Source: Oscillospiraceae bacterium
Lineage (GTDB): Bacteria > Bacillota > Clostridia > Oscillospirales > CAG-382
Assembly: GCA_015064895.1 (NCBI GenBank)
Contig: SVRI01000001.1
Coordinates: forward strand, 1,619 to 65,618
Length of the DNA stretch: 64,000 nt
Direction: 5' to 3'
Shown: positions 60,001 through 64,000 of the stretch, one piece after another
Layout: each line of letters begins with the position of its first letter
Numbering within the stretch: the stretch's first letter is position 1
The notes under the pieces: model-generated
The model's database searches: none
What the model saw: the letters and a program-made list of their open reading frames with translations, nothing else
Told to the model about the DNA's origin: nothing
Program-made: the position numbers and the translations under genes

Positions 60001-62297
60001 TAGCAACTTATTCCGCGGCTTCCAACGGCTCAGGTCAGGTAATCGGTGACAAGGGCGGAATGGCTAAATCATTGGCACTTCCTACAGCACAGCATCAGAC
60101 TCTTGAACTCAGATTCAAGCCTTATACAGCAACAATGGTTAAGTTCTATCTCCAGTCTGCTGACGAAACAGGTACAGTTAAGTCTGAATGGGCAGAATCC
60201 GCAGCAAAGGGCTCCACATCAACAAGCACAATTCCTGCAACTTCTTCCTTCCAGACAGTTTCCTTCGACCTTAGTGCACACGCAAACTGGAACAGCCAGC
60301 CTTATGTTGAACAGATAAGACTTGACCTTCCCCAGAGTGCTCCTACACATCCCGTAGAAATCGACTATATCAGACTTCTCACAAGTGAAAGAAGTGTTAA
60401 GTTTGACGGTAACGGCGGTCTCATTCCTCTCTACGGCGGCGAAGTAACATCCTACAAGGAAACATATCCTACAGGCGTAATCAATCTTCCTCAGGATCCC
60501 ACAAGAGAAGGCTATGAATTCCTTGGTTGGGCTAAGAAGACTGAAGACTATACAAAGCTTTATAACGGCAAGTTCACTGTAACTGACGAAGTTATCCTCT
60601 ATGCTATCTGGACTCCTGCAGCAGTTCTTTCCGGAGAAACTGTTGAAGCAGAAGGTGCAGTAGTAACAGAAAACGAAAACGGCACAGTAACAGTAACTTC
60701 CACAGACGTTACAACTCCTACAGTCGCAATTGCTGATGTAATGGAAGTTGGCGAAAACCAGACAATCGTTGTTAAGTTAGTTGCTAACTATGCATCCATC
60801 GAAGACGGCGACACAGTTCTCTCCTTCGTAGATGAAAACGGCGATCCTCATGAAGTAGTTCTCAAGAGCGGCGGACTTTCCGGTAAGGAAACAATCACTG
60901 CTGATCTTTCCGGCGAAGGCTTCGAAGGAACAGTAACAGACGTTGTTCTTACACTTCCTACAGGCGTTGTTAACGAACTTACAGTTGAAACAGTTGCATT
61001 TGCTTCCGCAGAAAATGCTAAGGTATTTGATGAAGATGAAAAGAAGACTGTTTCCATCAACACATCTGCAACAGTAGTACAGGGCGGTAAGCCTACACAG
61101 CATCCCGGCCACATCTCATATCCTGCTCTCGGCGGCGGTACAGTTACAGAACATAAGCCCGGTGCTCCCAGCAAGACTCCTGCAGATAAGAAGCTCGATA
61201 ATCTTACTCGTCCCAAGGATGATTCGGTTGTTCCCGGCACAACACCCGGCACAACAACACCTTCTACACCTTCCAAGTTCCCGTTCTCTAAGACATACGA
61301 CGGAAGATTTGTAGACGTAACAAGTGCTAACTGGTTCTACGGCGATGTTGAAAAGTCTTATAAGCTCGGTCTTATGAACGGTAAGAGCGATACAGAATTC
61401 GTTCCCGACGGAACAGTAACTCTTGCAGAAGCAATCACAGTTGCAGCAAGAATCAGAGCTATCTACTACGGTGATACAATCACTCAGGGTACAGGCAGCG
61501 AATGGTATAAGCCTTATGTTGAATATGCATCCAAGAAGGCAATTATCGTAAGCGGTCAGTACAGCGATTACACAGCTCTTGCTACAAGAGAACAGGTTGC
61601 TAACATGTTCGTAAGAGCACTTCCTGCAAGCTGGTACACAGAAATCAACCTCTTCATCAATATTCCCGATGTTCCCACAACTCATGCTTCTTATGCAGCA
61701 ATCCAGAGACTTTACAACGCAGGTGTTGTAATCGGTGCGGACAATGCATACAACTTCAAGCCTACTGAAAACATCAGAAGAAGTGAACTCTCTGCTATTA
61801 TTAACAGAGTTGCTCTCACAGATTCCAGACTCAGAGTTGTTACAGAAGATGAAAAGAACAATAAGGACAAGAAGTTCGGTGTTTCTGACATCATGAGTAC
61901 ACTCATTGTTGGTAACTGTGTAGAAAAGCAGTGGACCGAAAAGGACGGCATGCCTTACGCAGTACCTGCAAAGGCTGACCCCGTAGTCAACGGTCTCCAG
62001 GATCTCATGGGCGGCACACTTAATGCTGATGAGTACAAGAAGGTTACTGTAGTTGTTACATCAAGCGGTGCAGTAGCAGGTAAGCAGAGCCAGTTGTTCT
62101 TCTCGGCAGACGGAACTCTCAGCGAAGCAAATTCGTTAAGAGCTTCGGTTCCCAATAAGAACTCTGACGGAACTTACACAATTGTATTTGACGGTAACAA
62201 GAATGCTGGTTGGAAGGGCGACTTGACAGTTGTACGTTTCGACCCCTGGAACGACATGGCTGACTTCAGTATCGTTTCCATCACATTTGCTCCCTAG
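51054..62297 (+). CDS. giant (3747 aa) secreted, SLH-anchored modular cell-surface protein with Flg_new (Listeria-Bacteroides) repeats, Big_2 domains and recurring uncharacterised modules
   Basis: The signal peptide is MKKALSILLCLAMLVSTVPMSVFAAP. There are about nine Flg_new-like repeats, for example VKFDGNGG...DPTREGYEFLGWAKK...VILYAIW. There are four Big_2-like segments. A P/T linker precedes three SLH repeats at about 61308-61820 (FVDVTSANWFYGDVEKSYKLGLMNG...; IPDVPTTHASYAAIQRLYNAGVVIG...). Confidence 0.9.
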   Translation: MKKALSILLCLAMLVSTVPMSVFAAPSAVTAGDSADEFVLELPEETQENDSVEAELAAEGTVLPIKVLPKDGEMVDRRYPVAYYTFGKSVKIDAADVTVENIGNDAVGGVYFDEETNTIWVFPAKPMSTVYATNKVSYEAWTSNIAAEDGSLLSFPGVNFDLDTEIPNDGKNIVPFGDMEYGWSPFDLAETSGEGQFSVVEDPTNPDNHVVLRTWKSGASKWPHARADVAWTPGSTYKIVAKVMVKNFINDAGTVAPSGSSTITPDLIYYVPSFTCTGDRAHEGQTGTVCTQCQAPVDREHETSFVDHMIQDKAANVSVTSGISNGWQTIEVTDVVARTNLDVEEPRALSLYSNPYGSYATEFYIDDVEVYERINVTYAAGRYTESVGRGVAVKRCYVGDTFELPLTIDARGRNGFKSTNEKYVIDGWTDGTNVYAEGEEYTVTGPITLTPNVVPAGDGYKVNFSVSEEFEDYYAGPGFVSVALGENVDLTAEEFELGVPVGYSVLGWKNVATGEFVTSVSGANNEVINLEAVFELRTGIVIDTEAKAAELKSGAITAFDDTVPGLKVTPTGKDPFVVFDNLAIDAEEYSFVDVTYVANDTLTAANGGFVYIDSDTSKSAAGAKHSEDAGLVTYRYDLAANEAWIDTCSSIRIDPYNDTAEFTVTEIQFVKNEVVAEIEISDLTAPVISAVPDMEAEVPADAPYEIVSVVWEPEAEYFKGATEYTAAVELAINKSGYMFTEDTTALLNGENADAVVSAKTATVTYTFPATEAPKAITITLTSADAITVNDGTLALEAAIAPVNSGDVILPDTYTWAITGGDNDIATLEGNVLTAKWNGTVEVTATPDYDVSQAQAFNITITGQTGFTVTYDKNTGADVENMPENDRAKKDYTISSKVPTREGFSFGGWMLSPDADVTVTDLKVTKDTTLYAKWLKGGYVAHFDNEGDAISSSDAYVVALADGNKFGANGAKHTESVTLDVENSEFAIKLNGGNDFYMTLTAGSAKAINLDNVSAVEYGFRTDAKGNFGCTLYYATKDENGEWIAPDHATGGQTYIDNSIPNQSIAVDGNVNTLYKFRIDTSARDVFSGYLHHVRLDIENSASFPGKTVYIDYVKLIGAESVENIELDITAPKASDEVYGLDSVNTASGKYEVKSITWEGPELVDGKYYAGSAAYTAKVEIEAAAGYALSDKPMSVTVNGEDAEIAVNGNKATVTYTFPATEDLIDIQLGVKVKDNAPAEITTSLGTLQLEHAVRFDASSGVVPNGEVYWSIDPSQKKYGWVDANGLVTGNTDCEELIVTATSKYDPSVKASIAIKVTGQIPEKNIYFEAGTGETVNNLPAPTLAKDEYELPNDVIPTRTNYVFKGWSKEIGGEIIKVDDVKQDTTYYAVWGSYVGEEMTGTNFAFNTSGGTKTFTDGIMTMVPTNTLIKEGFAFEKENITFREGRRNVKVVTSEVDYLEIKTTIAPDELEICVYTQNADANGNKLSSWEESANTRFYSNKRDAANNPNQDISKYVEKQGDWYIYKLPAKLFKNWSEYLYRLRLNFIRRDVDATTSNESSYLPFADGTEVRFDYIRFVGRDIPAMDITGIAAPTVKGEAATTATVKQNDAFKITSMEWSPALLGGIFFGSGEEYTVTVNVEILKGYKAFSNPPARVTINGKEAVYSRFNDTKATITYTFPATEDIGELDLVNVNLHETNDFGTVTETKQIFSGDDFNLDKFSATNNPTGKRWIGWSETDGGELISGTINITEDADYYAYYEDITGYDFSNKYHKNEKNVKASNGTASFDGAWVVVTPDTDTSSAVLTLDGMNISSADYDLIEIIYDGSLEDANNDNKFNENFAPVLKVNGTMPVALVKAEPVIASNRVSYKYTYDLTVNGKPDVIGSFDLAPYTGNPAWAVTSVMLVPNAELEEAVEIKGIKAPETWLMPDVSAEASEGYEIESIAWNSAEGFNDDGSYKSETEYTVTIIVSATTGNKIIVEDAIIDGVAVDSATLGANGKLTITKTYPETEALIPFELTVADAEITVADGTVQLVPTFTPAIEVNTVKWEIVENGPEGKSATIDENGVVKAFFDGTVKVKATSDYNPLISAEATVTITNQIAFYNVTFNPNTTGVVTNMPANAKVKLDYVLPTEVPVREGFSFAGWVKSPTDTASITKDYVTKDTTYYALWVRGLHFEFFDPREKMDTHKQRSEEVYDYENGTYSYVLSGTDPQMYIKATDGYLPGKPESPYGLFDGNDYRILDIRMKTSEPKNFNYGMYFESVDRNGKVLGPPYSQDPGRYVANFVRPKYATGPDEYTNIILDMGSKSDWTDGYPTILRIDFPDDGTNASVGIRYTIDYIRLVNYETSVIEVTGIDVPVAKATADTTAVSKDTSKYVVTDVSWEGGLIYDYYFGGETEYTVCVTVKGAPGYFVSDAPVKATVNGNNVTSTSYNAATGELTLKYTFAATGAVDNDTAHVLTLYGKDDNGYSVAEERTIFEGNTFDLGTYAPANIPSGKRWIGWSEEASATENTAPSVITVTEPMTFYAVFEDLVEFDYSNYYHQFGTTVKAGTSELKFEDGLAVVCPNDVELDTALITPVMNVAGKDFSLVEVYYSSTLDSVNKGTRYDNLFSSVLNPKLKFSTTDAPTDYSYSGVLLKAEKESHNGKSFMKYTYDMSGVSEWAGNNIASFYLDPYNGFPNWGVGLIRLVENEELTDAAEIKLAAPEAWEVPDIADNADINDKYEITDLVWNPVSDTFAAGVSYTVKVTYKPVAGYKVTSPAATINGETATVTDNGNGTFTATYVFEATDELKDVKVVISGNKEIKSKGRYLELKGETVALDGSDIPVTDVTWSIKSKGTDVELATISENGRIYPLSNGTVIVTATSVYNPKVYATYEVKISNQADLVKVTFDKNTHAEVQGMPEAVYVYGNFEPELYNITRDGFFFLGWSVDEDALEPDKSFNITKDTTLYAKWGAGYELSFNDASSALKANLRDVTFKDGIATYSAASNGSGQVIGDKGGMAKSLALPTAQHQTLELRFKPYTATMVKFYLQSADETGTVKSEWAESAAKGSTSTSTIPATSSFQTVSFDLSAHANWNSQPYVEQIRLDLPQSAPTHPVEIDYIRLLTSERSVKFDGNGGLIPLYGGEVTSYKETYPTGVINLPQDPTREGYEFLGWAKKTEDYTKLYNGKFTVTDEVILYAIWTPAAVLSGETVEAEGAVVTENENGTVTVTSTDVTTPTVAIADVMEVGENQTIVVKLVANYASIEDGDTVLSFVDENGDPHEVVLKSGGLSGKETITADLSGEGFEGTVTDVVLTLPTGVVNELTVETVAFASAENAKVFDEDEKKTVSINTSATVVQGGKPTQHPGHISYPALGGGTVTEHKPGAPSKTPADKKLDNLTRPKDDSVVPGTTPGTTTPSTPSKFPFSKTYDGRFVDVTSANWFYGDVEKSYKLGLMNGKSDTEFVPDGTVTLAEAITVAARIRAIYYGDTITQGTGSEWYKPYVEYASKKAIIVSGQYSDYTALATREQVANMFVRALPASWYTEINLFINIPDVPTTHASYAAIQRLYNAGVVIGADNAYNFKPTENIRRSELSAIINRVALTDSRLRVVTEDEKNNKDKKFGVSDIMSTLIVGNCVEKQWTEKDGMPYAVPAKADPVVNGLQDLMGGTLNADEYKKVTVVVTSSGAVAGKQSQLFFSADGTLSEANSLRASVPNKNSDGTYTIVFDGNKNAGWKGDLTVVRFDPWNDMADFSIVSITFAP

Positions 62298-62371
62298 TCA
62301 GTAAAGCCCGACAGCAAAATTTGCGGGTAATTGACTACCAAGCAAACTAAACAATTCGCATAACAAACCGA

Positions 62372-62404
62372 CCCCCGACACCTTATTTGGTGTCGGGGGT
62401 TTTG
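62372..62404 (+). terminator. rho-independent terminator of the giant gene
   Basis: CCCCCGACACC-TTATTT-GGTGTCGGGGG is followed by TTTTG. Confidence 0.88.
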
Positions 62405-62410
62405 CGTCAT

Positions 62411-62447
62411 AAAAAACACCCTTGCATCAAACAATGATGCAAGGGTG
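62411..62447 (-). terminator. rho-independent terminator on the minus strand (proS transcript)
   Basis: On the minus strand, CACCCTTGCATC-ATTGTTT-GATGCAAGGGTG is followed by TTTTTT. It lies about 165 nt downstream of the proS stop. Confidence 0.75.
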
Positions 62448-62614
62448 TGGAAAACCGTGATATTAGGTTGTAGCTAGCACCGATATTTTTGTCGGTGCTT
62501 TAATTATCCGGACAGCTTGGATTTAAGAGCAGTCAAACGGGGTTGTTTAAGCGACACCGTGGGCTTGTTAATCACGAGAATCTAACTCTGCTCTCAAAGC
62601 AAGCTTGCTCTCTG

Positions 62615-64000
62615 CTAATATGCTTTGCCCCAGTAAACGAGCTTCTTGGCAGGCTTGCCGCAGCAAACACACTTGTCGGAAAGTACTTCCTGGTCAAAAG
62701 GAATGCATCTTGAGCCAACGCCTGTTGCAGCCTTTACGCCGTCTTCACATTCTTCGTTGCCGCACCACATAGCACGAACAAAACCGTCGCCGTTTTCTTC
62801 GAGTGCCTTGTTGATTTCGTCGAGTGTTGTACAGTCGTAGGTGTGCTTCTTTCTGTTTTCGATTGCGATATCGTAAAGACCCTGACGTACTTCTTCAAGC
62901 TTTTCTTTTACAGTTTCTACAATGCCGTCAAGAGAAGCATCTGACTTTTCAAGGTTGTGACGTGTGCCGATTACGCACTTGCCTGCTTCAATGTCTCTCG
63001 GACCAAGCTCAATTCTTACGGGAACACCCTTCATTTCATACTGAGCGAACTTCCAGCCGGGGCTGTTGTCGGAATCGTCAATGTGAACTCTGATACCTGC
63101 GTCTTTAAGCTCATTGTAGAGAGCATGAGCCCGGTCAAGTACGCCTTCCTTGTGCTGTGCAACAGGAACGATAACTACTTGAATGGGAGCTACGGCAGGA
63201 GGAAGAACAAGACCGTTGTCGTCACCGTGTGTCATGATGATTGCACCGATAAGACGGGTTGTTGTACCCCAGGATGTCTGATGGGGATATACGTCAACAT
63301 TGTCCTTGGACTTGTATGTGATATCAAATGCCTTAGCGAAGCCGTCACCGAAGTAGTGTGATGTACCTGCCTGAAGTGCCTTACCGTCGTGCATAAGAGC
63401 CTCGATTGCGTATGTGTCTTCAGCACCTGCGAACTTGTCGGAGGGAGTCTTAGGACCCTTTACAACAGGCATTGCAAGGTCGTGCTCGCAAACATCTGCG
63501 TAGATGTTAAGCATCTGAAGTGTTTCATTTCTTGCATCTTCCGCTGTTGCGTGCATTGTGTGGCCTTCCTGCCAGAGAAATTCTCTTGTTCTGAGGAAGG
63601 GACGTGTTGTCTTTTCCCAGCGTACAACGCTGCACCACTGGTTGTAGAGTACAGGAAGGTCGCGGTAGGAATTGATAATCTTTGCGAAGTGTTCGCAGAA
63701 GAGTGTTTCGGAGGTAGGACGAACGCAGAGACGTTCTGTCAGAGGCTCGCTGCCGCCGTGGGTTACCCACGCAACTTCGGGTGCAAAGCCTTCAACGTGT
63801 TCCTTTTCCTTGTTGAGGAGAGATTCAGGAATAAACATGGGCATATATACGTTCTGATGTCCTGTTTCCTTAAATCTTCTGTCCATAATGCTCTGGATGT
63901 TTTCCCAGATAGCATAGCCGTAGGGACGGATAATCATACATCCCTTTACGCTTGAGTAGTCAACGAGGTCTGCGTTCTTTACAATGTCTGTGTACCACTG
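62615..64000 (-). CDS. proS: proline--tRNA ligase (archaeal/eukaryote-like short type); 5' end beyond the window
   Basis: The translation contains ...[35 protein letters not shown]...FCEHF...[26 protein letters not shown]... and ends in a C-terminal zinc motif [18 protein letters not shown]. The frame stays open to position 64000. Confidence 0.93.
   Translation of the reverse strand, partial: QWYTDIVKNADLVDYSSVKGCMIIRPYGYAIWENIQSIMDRRFKETGHQNVYMPMFIPESLLNKEKEHVEGFAPEVAWVTHGGSEPLTERLCVRPTSETLFCEHFAKIINSYRDLPVLYNQWCSVVRWEKTTRPFLRTREFLWQEGHTMHATAEDARNETLQMLNIYADVCEHDLAMPVVKGPKTPSDKFAGAEDTYAIEALMHDGKALQAGTSHYFGDGFAKAFDITYKSKDNVDVYPHQTSWGTTTRLIGAIIMTHGDDNGLVLPPAVAPIQVVIVPVAQHKEGVLDRAHALYNELKDAGIRVHIDDSDNSPGWKFAQYEMKGVPVRIELGPRDIEAGKCVIGTRHNLEKSDASLDGIVETVKEKLEEVRQGLYDIAIENRKKHTYDCTTLDEINKALEENGDGFVRAMWCGNEECEDGVKAATGVGSRCIPFDQEVLSDKCVCCGKPAKKLVYWGKAY

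Overview
This 64-kb window looks like chromosome from a low-GC Firmicute, class Clostridia. The S10-spc-alpha gene order, a darA-holB-ricT block, SLH domains and a folT THF riboswitch close to the Eubacterium siraeum type suggest Oscillospiraceae/Ruminococcaceae; that placement is inference only. Most of the window is core housekeeping.

Gene content by region:
- 1-2.1 kb: a glycoside-hydrolase-like gene that runs off the left edge.
- 2.2-7.9 kb: ruvC, darA(yaaQ), holB, ricT, truB, glyA.
- 8.3-15.5 kb: galE, a DUF368 membrane protein, an arylamine N-acetyltransferase, an alpha-galactosidase-like hydrolase, a C-N hydrolase and ychF.
- 15.8-19 kb: a small accessory patch with an XRE regulator, a secreted Cu-amine-oxidase-N-domain protein, an Abi_2/AbiD-like gene and a lipoprotein.
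- 19-21.8 kb: a queG-like gene, folC and folT with a THF riboswitch.
- 22.1-27.2 kb: nagA, nagB, two Gfo/Idh/MocA oxidoreductases and an AraC regulator.
- 27.7-33.1 kb: an ECF S component, an AsnC-aminotransferase-DUF362-metA operon and a lipoprotein.
- 34.2-49.7 kb: the complete S10-spc-alpha cluster from rpsJ to rplQ, including secY, adk, map, infA, rpmJ and rpoA.
- 49.9-64 kb: a polytopic membrane protein, an 11.2-kb gene for a 3747-aa SLH-anchored modular surface protein, and a partial proS.

No rRNA, tRNA, CRISPR array, transposase or integrase is visible.

Observations most worth follow-up:
1. A mosaic family of hairpin-module intergenic repeats occurs at seven or more loci. Most copies start right after stop codons, and two loci carry 114-nt tandem arrays.
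2. A roughly 300-nt G+C-rich, promoter-to-terminator element lies upstream of rpsJ. It matches no RNA class I can recognise.
3. The rpsJ-rplC spacer is unusually long, at 201 nt.
4. The giant surface protein contains recurring domains of unknown family.
5. The Abi_2 gene is bracketed by repeat modules.

Every functional call rests on motif recognition in the supplied translations. No database search was run.
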